A stretch of DNA of 30,784 bases, taken from the IMG/VR virus record IMGVR_UViG_2854558644_000001; one strand, 5' to 3'. The position numbers and the translations under genes are program-made. Source of the stretch: a virus. Its lineage: Duplodnaviria > Heunggongvirae > Uroviricota > Caudoviricetes. Every line of letters starts with the position of its first letter. The first letter of the stretch is position 1. Shown one piece after another: positions 8,401 through 18,064 of this stretch. The notes beneath the pieces were generated by a model. That model searched no databases, was not told the DNA's origin, and saw nothing but the letters and a program-made list of their open reading frames with translations.

Positions 8401-9985
8401 AATATTAAACGATTGTCGTGGAATGTATGAAGATGAAGTATTTGATACGATTCTTAATCAAAGAGGGGTTGAAAATGTTGAACATTTCTTAAATCCAACA
8501 GAAGAAGATTTATTACCATTAGATTCATTATTTCGTATAGATGAAGCATATCAAAGAGTAGACTCTGCAATTACAAACAATGAATGTATAGGAATTTTGT
8601 TTGATACTGATTTAGATGGTATTACGTCTGGAACAGAAATGACAAGATATCTAAGGCATTTTACTATAAACATTAAGACCTATATAGATGAAGGTAAGAT
8701 GCATGGTTTGATAGGACAAGATTTAGCTCAGTTCAATGGGATTGATTTGCTGATTATTGTAGATAGCTTAGATAAAGATGTCTCTCAGTATAGAAAACTA
8801 AAAGAGATAGGGGTAGATATAATTATCCTTGATCATCATGCAATCAAAGAGAATGAACCATATGATGAAGTTTCAATTTTAGTATCTTCACAAAGAAATT
8901 ATGAGAATCCACAGTTATCAGGAGCAGGTGTTGTATGGAAGTTTTGCAAATATCTTGATGAGCAATATATTACAGATTATGCAGACGAACTTATTGATTT
9001 AGCAGCTTGTGGAATCGTTGGAGATATGATGGATATGACTGTTATGGAGAATAGATATATTGTCTCTAAGGGATTGGAGAAAATATATAATCCAGCAGTT
9101 AAGAAGATAGTTGGTGGATTTGAATTTAACAGTACAGCTATTGCTTTTAGTGTCGCTCCTATTGTAAATGCAAGCAACCGTATGGGTAAGAATGATGTGG
9201 CTATGAAAGCTTTTTTGGAAGATGAAAATAAGCAGGTATTGGCTTATATAAAAGAGTTAAAAAAATGTAAAGAAGATCAGAATGTTGAGGTTGATAGATT
9301 ATTGCCAAATGTGTTGGAACAATGCAGCTCACAATCAGATAAAAAAATGATTATTACATATATAGATACTCCATATGGTATCAGTGGTTTGTTGGGTAAC
9401 AAATTACTAGAAAAGTATCAGAAGCCAATCCTTGTATTAAAAGATACAGGAGAAAATTATTCTGGTTCTATGAGGGCTGTAGGAGTGGATGACTTTAGAG
9501 AAATATGTAATAAGAGTGGTTTAGCAAAATGTGATGGTCATGAACTTGCGGCAGGAATCACAATCGAAAAATCTAATATAGATAGATTTACATTATATAT
9601 AGAAGAAACTCTTCCAGAATTAAATACTGATGTTTCAGTGGATATTGATATTCGATTAGATGTTTCTGATATTACTCGTAAGTTAGTAGAGAATATAAAG
9701 AAGATAGATAGAATATCTGGAACAAATTTCAAACCAGTAAAGGTGTTTATCAATGGAATAAATGAATATGAAATTGGACAAATGAGTGATTATAAACACT
9801 TGGTTGTAAAACCTAATGATTATTTGCAGATTATCAAGTGGAATTTTGATGGTTCATTTGATGAAATGGAAGATCATAGCATGATGAATGATGAATTAGA
9901 AGTTATATGTACTCTTGATAGTGGCTTTTTTGGCAGGAAATTTGTCCTAAAAGCGGTATGTGACGAGATTAAGGAGGTGGCTTGA
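8381..9985 (+). CDS. recJ: RecJ-like ssDNA exonuclease (DHH/DHHA1)
   Basis: DTDLDG, IIVDS, ILDHH, SGAGV, GSMR, GHELAAG. Confidence 0.92.
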   Translation: MTKTNYKILNDCRGMYEDEVFDTILNQRGVENVEHFLNPTEEDLLPLDSLFRIDEAYQRVDSAITNNECIGILFDTDLDGITSGTEMTRYLRHFTINIKTYIDEGKMHGLIGQDLAQFNGIDLLIIVDSLDKDVSQYRKLKEIGVDIIILDHHAIKENEPYDEVSILVSSQRNYENPQLSGAGVVWKFCKYLDEQYITDYADELIDLAACGIVGDMMDMTVMENRYIVSKGLEKIYNPAVKKIVGGFEFNSTAIAFSVAPIVNASNRMGKNDVAMKAFLEDENKQVLAYIKELKKCKEDQNVEVDRLLPNVLEQCSSQSDKKMIITYIDTPYGISGLLGNKLLEKYQKPILVLKDTGENYSGSMRAVGVDDFREICNKSGLAKCDGHELAAGITIEKSNIDRFTLYIEETLPELNTDVSVDIDIRLDVSDITRKLVENIKKIDRISGTNFKPVKVFINGINEYEIGQMSDYKHLVVKPNDYLQIIKWNFDGSFDEMEDHSMMNDELEVICTLDSGFFGRKFVLKAVCDEIKEVA

Positions 9986-9986
9986 T

Positions 9987-12900
9987 ATTTCAGACATTGA
10001 ATTAATAAAAAAAATAATTCCTACTCTTACATTTAAGTTTCCATATTCACCAAAAGAATATGAAAAGAATTTATATCTTGAAAATTATCATTGTCATAAA
10101 GATTTTAGCAATACATCTACACCAGATTGTGCTGAATCTATTAATGTCTATGCAGAAAGAATTCATGAATTTGGCACAAAATGTTTGTATTCTGGTGAAC
10201 ATGGTTCGCAAGGTAATCAGTTTCAAGTCTATAAGGTCGCAGAGAGTGAACATCTGAAATATATTCATTCTTCTGAAGTTTATTGGGTAAAAGATAGAAA
10301 AGAAAAAGATAGAGCAAATTGTCATATGATTATTGCAGCTAAAAATGCTGAAGGTCGTGGAGATATTAATTTTGCTTTATCAATGGCTAATATTGATGGA
10401 TATTATTATAAGCCACGTATTGATTTAGAATTATTATTTAATATTCCAAAAGACAATGTGATTATAACGTCAGCTTGCGTGGCAGGTTGGAATTATGAAG
10501 ATGCAGAAGATATATGGCTTAAAATACATAAATATTTTGGAGATAATTTCTTTTTAGAAGTTCAGTATCATAACACTGATAAACAGAAAGAACTTAATAA
10601 AAAGATTTTAAGAATTGCAAAAGAACATAATATCCAGATTATATGTGGTCTTGATAGCCATTATGTTAAAGAAGAAAATGCAGTTAAACGTGACCAGATT
10701 CTGAAATATAAAAACATTAATTATCCAGATGAGGAAGGTTGGTATCTTGATTATCCTGACACTCAAACCGTAATTAAAAGATTTGAAGAACAAGGTGTTT
10801 TAAACAGAGAAGAAATATATAGAGCAATTATGAATACAAATGTTTTTGTGACAGAATGTGAAGAAATTGTTCTTGATAGAAAATTTAAGATTCCGAGTGT
10901 TTACAAAGGAAAAACCTATAAAGAAAAATGTAAAATTTACAAAGATGTTCTTAATAAAGCTTATGCAAAAGAAAAAGAAAAATCAAAAGAAAAAGCCGAT
11001 GGTATTCGATATGAAGCAAAGCAAGTTATGGAAGCTGGTGTTGTGGATTATTTCTTAACAAGTAAGGCTATTGTAGATGACGCAATAAAAAATGAAGGTG
11101 GTATTTTAACAACTACTTCAAGAGGTAGTGCTGCATCATTTATAACAAATAAACTTTTAGGACTTACAACTGTTGATAGATTCAATGCTGATATTCCTAT
11201 TTATCCTGAACGATTCTTGACTAAGGAACGTGTATTAGCTGGTCAGATGCCAGATATTGATTTGAATGTTGCTACACAAGAACCATTTGTTAAAGCAGCA
11301 AGAAAATTATTAGGGGAACATGGCTGTTACCCATTGATGGCAATAGAAAAACTTAAAGAAAAGGCAGCTTGGCAGTTATATGCAGGTGCAAACGAAGTTA
11401 AACCAGAGGATGCGAATCAGATTTCAAAGTATCTTGATGAATATAATAAGGCATTAAAATATGCGGATGAAGATGAAAAGGATGATATTCATGTAGAAGA
11501 TTATATCCCAAAAGAGTATACAGAGTTATTCAAACAGAGTAGTGAATACCAAGGGATCACAATCAATTTGAAAGTACATGCTTGTGGTCATTTTATCTTT
11601 GATGGTGATATTCGTAGAGAAGTAGGATTAATAAGTGCTGTTTCTGGATCAACTGGCAAAAGAACAGTATGTGCAGCTATTGAAGGTGGTTATCTTGATG
11701 AATTCGGATATGTAAAAGAGGATTTTCTTATTGTAGATAGTGTTTATCTTACATATAAATTCTTTCATAGCATTGGTATGGAAGTTCCGACATTTGATGA
11801 ACTAAGACATATGATTGATGGTGATAAAAAAACATGGGATATTTATGCAAATGGTATTACATGTTGTATTAATCAGTGTGAGAAAGAGGCGACTACTAAT
11901 CGAGTGAAGAAGTATAAACCGCAAAATTTAGCGGAGTTAAGTAGCTTCATTGCAGCAATTCGACCAGGTTTTGCGTCATTACTTAGTACATTCTTGAATC
12001 GTGAACCATATACTACAGGCGAAAAAAAGATTGATGATTTATTATCTGATACTGCGCATTTTATGATTTATCAGGAATCTATTATGAAAGTATTATCATT
12101 CTTGGAATTGAAAATGGCAGAAACATATGGAGTTATTAAAAATATTTCAAAAAAGAAATATAAATTACATCCTGAAATGTTAAAAGAATTACAGGAACGA
12201 TTAATAGAAGGTTGGAAAGCAGAAATCGGTAAGACAGATAATTTTAATAATGTTTGGAATGTAATAGAGTCTTCTGGATCATACGCATTTAATTCTCCAC
12301 ATGCTTATTCAATGGGTGGAGATTCTGCCTATCAAGCATGGTTTAAAGCACATCATACTAAAACATTTTATGAAGTAGCAATCAATCATTATCAAGAAAA
12401 GAATAAAAAGGATAAGATAGATGCTCTTGTTAAAGAAGCAATTAAATTTTGGGGATATAAACTAGGCGATTATGAATTTGGTGCAGATAACAGAAAAGTG
12501 ACAATTAATGAAGAGAATAAATTAATATATCCAAATTTATCAAGTGTAAAAGGCTTTGGTGAAGGGGTTGTTGATACTCTTTATGAATTAGGACAGTCGA
12601 AATATAAAACATTTACTGATGTATTAACTGCACTATTTTCAAATTCAATTAATAAGACCATTGTAAATAAACTTATTAGAATCAATTATTTTAAGAAATA
12701 TGGTGATGTAAATACTTTACTTGAGATTACAAGACTATATGATTTGTTAAATGGTGCGAAGCAGATCTCCAAAGATAAAGCTGAAAAGAATAATATTCCA
12801 TTTGATATACTTGTAAAACATGGAAATGAGACAGCTAAACAATTCAATAAACTTGACTCAGAACAAATTATTAAGGAATTGATTTCTAATATTCCTTATA

Positions 12901-13289
12901 GAGAATTAACTTTAAAGGAAAGGCTTGATAATCAGAGAGAAGTTCTTGGTATTGTCAGTGACTCGGATTCAAAAGTAAGCAAACGTCTATATTATGTTTC
13001 TGAACTTGATATTAAAAAATCTATTGTAAATGTTCATCTTTTTGAAATCTATAGTGGTAAAACACGAGAAGTAAAAATGTGGACAAGTCAGTATAATCGA
13101 AATCCATTTGATCTAGGTGCAATTCTATATATTATTTCCCTTGAAAAGAAGAATAAAAAAGAGCCAACTGGTGAAATAAATCCAGTTACAGGTAAGAAAA
13201 TTTATAAAGAAGTACCTAATAAATTTGAATTTTGGTTAAGCAAATTTGTAATAAAAAATGATATTGAGGAGGACGAAGACGATTTTTAA
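9987..13289 (+). CDS. dnaE: DNA polymerase III alpha subunit, phage DnaE-type (proposed ATT start; track GTG 9960)
   Basis: PHP motifs YHCH, EH, EVY, DSHY; RGSAA, PERF, PDID, HACG, KEDFL, RPG, YQE, FNSPHAYS. Confidence 0.95.
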   Translation: MSDIELIKKIIPTLTFKFPYSPKEYEKNLYLENYHCHKDFSNTSTPDCAESINVYAERIHEFGTKCLYSGEHGSQGNQFQVYKVAESEHLKYIHSSEVYWVKDRKEKDRANCHMIIAAKNAEGRGDINFALSMANIDGYYYKPRIDLELLFNIPKDNVIITSACVAGWNYEDAEDIWLKIHKYFGDNFFLEVQYHNTDKQKELNKKILRIAKEHNIQIICGLDSHYVKEENAVKRDQILKYKNINYPDEEGWYLDYPDTQTVIKRFEEQGVLNREEIYRAIMNTNVFVTECEEIVLDRKFKIPSVYKGKTYKEKCKIYKDVLNKAYAKEKEKSKEKADGIRYEAKQVMEAGVVDYFLTSKAIVDDAIKNEGGILTTTSRGSAASFITNKLLGLTTVDRFNADIPIYPERFLTKERVLAGQMPDIDLNVATQEPFVKAARKLLGEHGCYPLMAIEKLKEKAAWQLYAGANEVKPEDANQISKYLDEYNKALKYADEDEKDDIHVEDYIPKEYTELFKQSSEYQGITINLKVHACGHFIFDGDIRREVGLISAVSGSTGKRTVCAAIEGGYLDEFGYVKEDFLIVDSVYLTYKFFHSIGMEVPTFDELRHMIDGDKKTWDIYANGITCCINQCEKEATTNRVKKYKPQNLAELSSFIAAIRPGFASLLSTFLNREPYTTGEKKIDDLLSDTAHFMIYQESIMKVLSFLELKMAETYGVIKNISKKKYKLHPEMLKELQERLIEGWKAEIGKTDNFNNVWNVIESSGSYAFNSPHAYSMGGDSAYQAWFKAHHTKTFYEVAINHYQEKNKKDKIDALVKEAIKFWGYKLGDYEFGADNRKVTINEENKLIYPNLSSVKGFGEGVVDTLYELGQSKYKTFTDVLTALFSNSINKTIVNKLIRINYFKKYGDVNTLLEITRLYDLLNGAKQISKDKAEKNNIPFDILVKHGNETAKQFNKLDSEQIIKELISNIPYRELTLKERLDNQREVLGIVSDSDSKVSKRLYYVSELDIKKSIVNVHLFEIYSGKTREVKMWTSQYNRNPFDLGAILYIISLEKKNKKEPTGEINPVTGKKIYKEVPNKFEFWLSKFVIKNDIEEDEDDF

Positions 13290-13812
13290 CAAATATAAGT
13301 ATACAGATAAGGAAATGGAAGAGTTAATATCTTCCATTACAATCCTTATTGACACAAGGGAGAAAGTCAATTCCCACATTACAGATTACTTTGATCGAAA
13401 AGGAATTTCATATAAAAAGAAAGCACTCGGTTATGGAGATTATTCGTTCATGATTCCTGCAAATGAGAAGTTATCCATACCTCGTGATTTGTATTTTAAT
13501 ACAACATGTGTCATTGAGAGAAAAGCTAGTCTTGAAGAAATAAGCAATAATTTGACAAAAGAGCGTGACAGATTTGAAAAAGAATTATGTCTTGCACCAA
13601 AAACTAAAGTGTTACTAATTGAAAATGCTTCTTATGAGGATATTGCAACAGGGAATTATGATACAAAGTATAATCGAAAATCTTTTATTGCATCAATCCA
13701 TAGCTTTTGGTTCAAATATAACATTCCAGTTATGTTTATGCCAAACAATCAATATTCAGGACTGTTTATCAGAGAGTATTTTGAATATTTCTTAAAGAAT
13801 TATCTTCGATAG
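13282..13812 (+). CDS. ERCC4/XPF-family nuclease, possible resolvase (proposed ATT start; track ATG 13258)
   Basis: IDTREK, GDYSF, IERKAS. Confidence 0.85.
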   Translation: MFNKYKYTDKEMEELISSITILIDTREKVNSHITDYFDRKGISYKKKALGYGDYSFMIPANEKLSIPRDLYFNTTCVIERKASLEEISNNLTKERDRFEKELCLAPKTKVLLIENASYEDIATGNYDTKYNRKSFIASIHSFWFKYNIPVMFMPNNQYSGLFIREYFEYFLKNYLR

Positions 13813-13841
13813 AGAGAATAATACAGTAGGAGGTAAAAGTC

Positions 13842-14102
13842 GTGAATTATGAAACTCAGTATTATAAAAATATCCCTCTAAATTTGGTTTCAAGAAAATA
13901 TAAAAATATGAAAGCAAAGAGATTTGTGATTAATCATACAAATCAAAATGTATGGATTCCCAATAAACATCTTGAAAAAGATGGAACTATTAAAGGTACA
14001 GAAAATATTGATTATGTATTTAGAAAGTCTATAAGACAATTAGAGTTAGCTGGTATCACACAACCAATAATAGGAATTAAAAGAAAGAGTAATGTTATAT
14101 GA
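13842..14102 (+). CDS. Phage hypothetical protein
   Basis: SD aggaggt, GTG start. Confidence 0.75.
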   Translation: MNYETQYYKNIPLNLVSRKYKNMKAKRFVINHTNQNVWIPNKHLEKDGTIKGTENIDYVFRKSIRQLELAGITQPIIGIKRKSNVI

Positions 14103-14314
14103 AAATTTTAACACGATTATTTACGAAAAATCTTACTAAAGTTCCTCTGTTGTGGATTACATTCAATTGGAAGCTGTTTAAAAAGAATGGTGTAAAAGGT
14201 TCTTGTATGTGTAATATTCATCCTTCCCTAAAGGATGATGAACACATCAAGACCATAATGCAAGAGTTATGTAACTATATAAGAGAGAATTATGATATGG
14301 AGGAGATTATATGA
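14099..14314 (+). CDS. Phage hypothetical protein
   Basis: ATGA overlaps at both ends. Confidence 0.7.
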   Translation: MKILTRLFTKNLTKVPLLWITFNWKLFKKNGVKGSCMCNIHPSLKDDEHIKTIMQELCNYIRENYDMEEII

Positions 14315-14685
14315 GTGATTACAGATATATGAGAGTTATTCGATGCAAAGTCGATTTGAATAAAATATCAGTATCTTCATTGTGGGACTTAGAAGATAAA
14401 TTCACTGATTTATTTGATATGAATCTACCAAGATATTTTGAAAAAGCTGTTGCAGAGAACGATGAGTATTTAGATTATGTTCTTGAATCAAAAATTGACG
14501 ACAATGGTGGCGAATGGGGAAAATCACGATACCTTACTGAGAATGAAGCGAATAAATATCTATTATTATTTAGTGAGATATATCCAGATGTGAAAAGAGA
14601 CGATTTAAGAGCCGTAGAGTTTTGTTGGTATGATTGCAGCGAAGCTCCTTTATATTATGATGTAGACGAAGAAGAGTGGTTATAA
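14311..14685 (+). CDS. Phage hypothetical protein
   Basis: SD ggagga, ATGA overlap. Confidence 0.8.
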   Translation: MSDYRYMRVIRCKVDLNKISVSSLWDLEDKFTDLFDMNLPRYFEKAVAENDEYLDYVLESKIDDNGGEWGKSRYLTENEANKYLLLFSEIYPDVKRDDLRAVEFCWYDCSEAPLYYDVDEEEWL

Positions 14686-14688
14686 AAG

Positions 14689-14709
14689 CCAAGGAAAGAC
14701 GGATTTTAT
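14689..14709. repeat. Junction palindrome copy 3 (reverse orientation)
   Basis: cca-aggaaa-gacgga-ttttat; reverse complement ataaaa-tccgtc-tttcct-tgg; 3 nt after the stop at 14685. Confidence 0.6.
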
Positions 14710-14741
14710 GTCTGTCCTTTATATGAAAGAGAGGTACAAAT

Positions 14742-15296
14742 ATGGTTTATGGAGTATTTGGTGGTTGTTATAGTGACTGGTATGTAGTCGGATATTTCAA
14801 CAATCGTCAAGATGCAGAAAAATATTGCTGTTTATGTGGGGATGGTGACTATGTAAAGCCATTAAAAGATTTAACTAATGAAAAAGATTTATCAAAAGTA
14901 TCATTAAAATACTGTCATGAAGTTTTATTTGATTGTAAAGATGATGAAAACAGATGGGTTATGAGAGAAGAACCTGAAAGGTATAATTGCTATATTGATA
15001 ATGATTTAAGATGTAATAGCGTAAGACAAGGTACGTTACTTAAAAATAACTGGGTATGCTTTATTGTCAATATTGATCATGATGATAGGAGATTAGCAGA
15101 AAAAATTGCTCAAGATTATTTAGCTGAACTTCGTTCTTATGGAGATGGGAAAATTTACGAAAAGAATATTGAATTGATGAATGATAAATTCGTAGCACCA
15201 TTCAAAGAAAAAGAGAGAATAAGAAAAGAAGAAGAAATTAAACAAAAAGAACTTGCAGAATTAGAAAGATTAAAAGCTAAATACGAAACAAAATAA
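14742..15296 (+). CDS. Phage hypothetical protein with C-terminal coiled coil
   Basis: SD gagaggt; KE-rich tail. Confidence 0.8.
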   Translation: MVYGVFGGCYSDWYVVGYFNNRQDAEKYCCLCGDGDYVKPLKDLTNEKDLSKVSLKYCHEVLFDCKDDENRWVMREEPERYNCYIDNDLRCNSVRQGTLLKNNWVCFIVNIDHDDRRLAEKIAQDYLAELRSYGDGKIYEKNIELMNDKFVAPFKEKERIRKEEEIKQKELAELERLKAKYETK

Positions 15297-15309
15297 ACGA
15301 CAGTTTCAT
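15292..15309. repeat. Junction palindrome copy 4
   Basis: aataaa-cgacag-tttcat overlapping the stop at 15294-15296. Confidence 0.6.
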
Positions 15310-15347
15310 CTAAGAATGCCAGAAGATGTAAACATTCTTAGACGAAA
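15304..15347. terminator. Hairpin between convergent genes
   Basis: tctaagaatg (15309-15318) / cattcttaga (15333-15342), extended by tttc/gaaa. Confidence 0.5.
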
Positions 15348-15368
15348 TATAATAGACTATTTGTTTTA

Positions 15369-16265
15369 TTATGGTTTTGAATTTTCCATGATATCGTGTC
15401 TTACATACATAAATCCGAGTTCAGATTCAATTAAATGACGATATGATGGAATTATATTGTTAGTTAGTAGATTTTTAAAATATTCTATTTTTCCTGGATC
15501 ATCATCTTCCACAAACGTTGTTCCGTATGTAGAGATAACTAAATATCCAACGCATAATATTGTTTCGTTTTTCATAAATGTCATTTTATAACTTGCAATA
15601 GAGCCAAGTGTTGAATAGCGTTTATCATTTTCACTTATCCAATAATGTCCTTCTTTAACGAGATTTTCTTTATTATTTTCAAAATGAGATGAAAGATTAT
15701 TGGTTATTATATAGTTAAAATATGAGTGGAAATTATCATCCATAATAAAATTATTTAAGTCGTTATTTATTGTACTATTTTTTCTTGTTATCCATTGCCA
15801 GTTTGAATTGTTCTCTGGATATTGATATATAAATGAAACAGAAAATGAGCTTAATGCAATTTCGGTAATATTGGATATTAATAATTTAATGTTTGAACAA
15901 ATTTGTTCTACAAATTCATGAGGGTTATATAATAGTACGTCCTTTTTATAATCAGGGAGGATGTCTACTTTTAATAAATTTCTTTTAATCTTTTCTACCT
16001 CTATGGTACTATTAAGAATTTTTTGAGACATTTGGTATTTTTGATAATTGTCTAAATCTTCATGTAGCTTTTGATTATTTCTTTCTTCTTTTAAAGATAA
16101 AGTAACTACTTGATAAATGATAAAAATAATGGCAATTATAATAAAAACTATCTTAGAAGTTTCATTAAACACTGCTAAATTGTCAATTAAAGGAAAAATA
16201 GTTGCTGGAACAACTGTAAAGAAAATGTTTTTGATTACCAATTTATGATTTTTTAATTTATTCAT
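15369..16265 (-). CDS. Inverted moron: two N-terminal TM helices, coiled coil, possible GAF-like domain
   Basis: Only long antisense gene in the prophage; SD aaggggga then ATG 16265; hydrophobic N-terminus; visibly AT-rich. Confidence 0.8.
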   Translation of the reverse strand: MNKLKNHKLVIKNIFFTVVPATIFPLIDNLAVFNETSKIVFIIIAIIFIIYQVVTLSLKEERNNQKLHEDLDNYQKYQMSQKILNSTIEVEKIKRNLLKVDILPDYKKDVLLYNPHEFVEQICSNIKLLISNITEIALSSFSVSFIYQYPENNSNWQWITRKNSTINNDLNNFIMDDNFHSYFNYIITNNLSSHFENNKENLVKEGHYWISENDKRYSTLGSIASYKMTFMKNETILCVGYLVISTYGTTFVEDDDPGKIEYFKNLLTNNIIPSYRHLIESELGFMYVRHDIMENSKP

Positions 16266-16286
16266 ATGTATATCCCCCTTATGTGA

Positions 16287-16315
16287 AATATAAAACATAT
16301 ATAAAAAGATTGCAA
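16287..16315 (-). promoter_or_regulatory. SigA-type promoter of the moron
   Basis: TTGCAA-17 nt-TATATT on the minus strand. Confidence 0.6.
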
Positions 16316-16346
16316 GCAGAAGATTTATTTAATATAAAATCCTTAA

Positions 16347-16364
16347 ATGAAATTTTAAGTTCCA
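16347..16364. repeat. Junction palindrome copy 5 (degenerate)
   Basis: atgaaa-ttttaa-gttcca, on the far side of the moron promoter. Confidence 0.45.
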
Positions 16365-16459
16365 CAGATTCCAATTGCTTTTTAATATGGTGTTAGATTA
16401 TATCTATTATCCGTTGGCAATTTACATGTTATTGAAGTAACAAGAAAGGAGAACAAAAA

Positions 16460-16996
16460 ATGGACACAATTGTTATAAATTTATTTGGAGAACCATCAGC
16501 AGGTAAGAGTACCTGTGCAATGGATATTACAGCACAATTAAAAAGACACGGTATCAATGCTGAATATGTTTCAGAGTTTGCCAAGGATAAGGTATATGAA
16601 AATAATGGTGAAGTATTTAAACACCAGGAATATTTATTTGGCAAACAATCATTCAAGATGGGTAGAGTTAAGAATAAAGTGCAGGTTATGGTTGTTGATT
16701 CACCATTAATCTTATGTGCCGTATATAACACTGACGAAGTGTTGGGAGAAGACTTTAATAAGACTGTACTGAATGTGTTTAATTCATACAATAATAGAAA
16801 TTATTTGCTCACAAGACACCATTCTTATGAAAACGAAGGAAGATTCCAGAATGAAGACGAAGCAAAAGAAGTGAGAAAAGAAATTATTGATAAGTTAAAT
16901 CAGTACAATATTAAATATGAAGAGATTGCTTCTACAGACTCAAATTGTGAATACATAGTAGAAGAAATTATGGAGGAAATTAAAAATGAACAGTAA
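16460..16996 (+). CDS. AAA_28/NadR-type P-loop NTPase, possible nucleotide kinase
   Basis: GEPSAGKST, EYVSEFAKD, VVDSPL. Confidence 0.75.
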   Translation: MDTIVINLFGEPSAGKSTCAMDITAQLKRHGINAEYVSEFAKDKVYENNGEVFKHQEYLFGKQSFKMGRVKNKVQVMVVDSPLILCAVYNTDEVLGEDFNKTVLNVFNSYNNRNYLLTRHHSYENEGRFQNEDEAKEVRKEIIDKLNQYNIKYEEIASTDSNCEYIVEEIMEEIKNEQ

Positions 16997-17147
16997 AGGA
17001 CATTTATTTATTAGTTTAGGAAAATCAGCAATTAGAGTAATTGGTGGAATTGTAACATTAGTGAATGGTTCGATTATTCCATTAGCAGTAGGAATTATTG
17101 TTGCTGAAATTGGTGGTGTGTTAGAAGAATTGGTTGATGAGAGATAA
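16986..17147 (+). CDS. Small hydrophobic protein (53 aa), absent from the ORF track
   Basis: SD ggagga; MNSKGHFIISLGKSAIRVIGGIVTLVNGSIIPLAVGIIVAEIGGVLEELVDER. Confidence 0.7.
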   Translation: MNSKGHLFISLGKSAIRVIGGIVTLVNGSIIPLAVGIIVAEIGGVLEELVDER

Positions 17148-17148
17148 C

Positions 17149-17169
17149 AAGAAACCATTATTTCTTTGG
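17149..17169. repeat. Junction palindrome copy 6
   Basis: aagaaa-ccatta-tttctt-tgg, 1 nt after the stop at 17147. Confidence 0.6.
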
Positions 17170-17185
17170 AAGAAAGGTGATTGAA

Positions 17186-17374
17186 ATGAAGAAAATATTA
17201 AAATCAATAATGCTTACATTGTTATGGTTTCTGTTAGCTACAATGGTTTGTATTGCTGTTAGAGGAATTGTTTACATACTCGGCTTATTAATTGGAGAAA
17301 CAATGGCAGTGTTATTGATAACTATATTGTTACTAATATTCATAGCAATATTTATTTATAAAGAATTTTTATAG
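17186..17374 (+). CDS. Small two-TM membrane protein
   Basis: AGGTGA-5 nt-ATG; two hydrophobic segments. Confidence 0.75.
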   Translation: MKKILKSIMLTLLWFLLATMVCIAVRGIVYILGLLIGETMAVLLITILLLIFIAIFIYKEFL

Positions 17375-17383
17375 GAGGAATAA

Positions 17384-18064
17384 ATGGGAACAATTACAAT
17401 TTTACCAGAAACAACAAAGAATCCTATTACACTAATGGGAATGAGGGCTGGCACATGTTGGAATGCCAATATAACAGATAATGAGAAGAATTATAAACGT
17501 GGTCTTGACTGTATCAAGTCTGGACATGGACGTGTTATGGAATTTGTAAATGTAGAAATGATCATTGATGGATATTCTGCGAAAATTTTGAGAGAGTATT
17601 ACACACATATCGGTGGTTCACCTTCACGTTTGCAAGCAAGCACAAGATATATTGATTATTCTAAGGGTAATGGATTTGACTATGTAACACCACAATCAAT
17701 CAGCAAAGATGAAGATGTTGCTGCGACATGGCATAGTGTTATGAGATATGTCAACACTAATATTCAACATCTAATTAATAATGGAGTTCCAATTGAAGAT
17801 GCGACAATGTTACTTCCGTTAGCATACTCTTCAAAAATGGTGGACAAACGTAATCTTAGGAGTCTTGTTGATATGAGCAGAGTAAGAACATGTAGCAGAG
17901 CATATCACGAGTACAGAAAAATGTTCAATGACATTTGTAATGCTTTAAGAGAATATTCAGATGAATGGAAGTGGATTGTAGATAATCTTTTCCATGCAAA
18001 ATGTGAAGAAGTTGGATATTGTACGGAAAGTAAATCTTGTGGCAGAAGACCAAAGAGACAGTAA
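17384..18064 (+). CDS. thyX: FAD-dependent thymidylate synthase, divergent motif
   Basis: GHGRVMEF, QASTRY, LPLAY, NLRSL, RTCSRA; RHR-X7-S replaced by THI-X9-S. Confidence 0.85.
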   Translation: MGTITILPETTKNPITLMGMRAGTCWNANITDNEKNYKRGLDCIKSGHGRVMEFVNVEMIIDGYSAKILREYYTHIGGSPSRLQASTRYIDYSKGNGFDYVTPQSISKDEDVAATWHSVMRYVNTNIQHLINNGVPIEDATMLLPLAYSSKMVDKRNLRSLVDMSRVRTCSRAYHEYRKMFNDICNALREYSDEWKWIVDNLFHAKCEEVGYCTESKSCGRRPKRQ

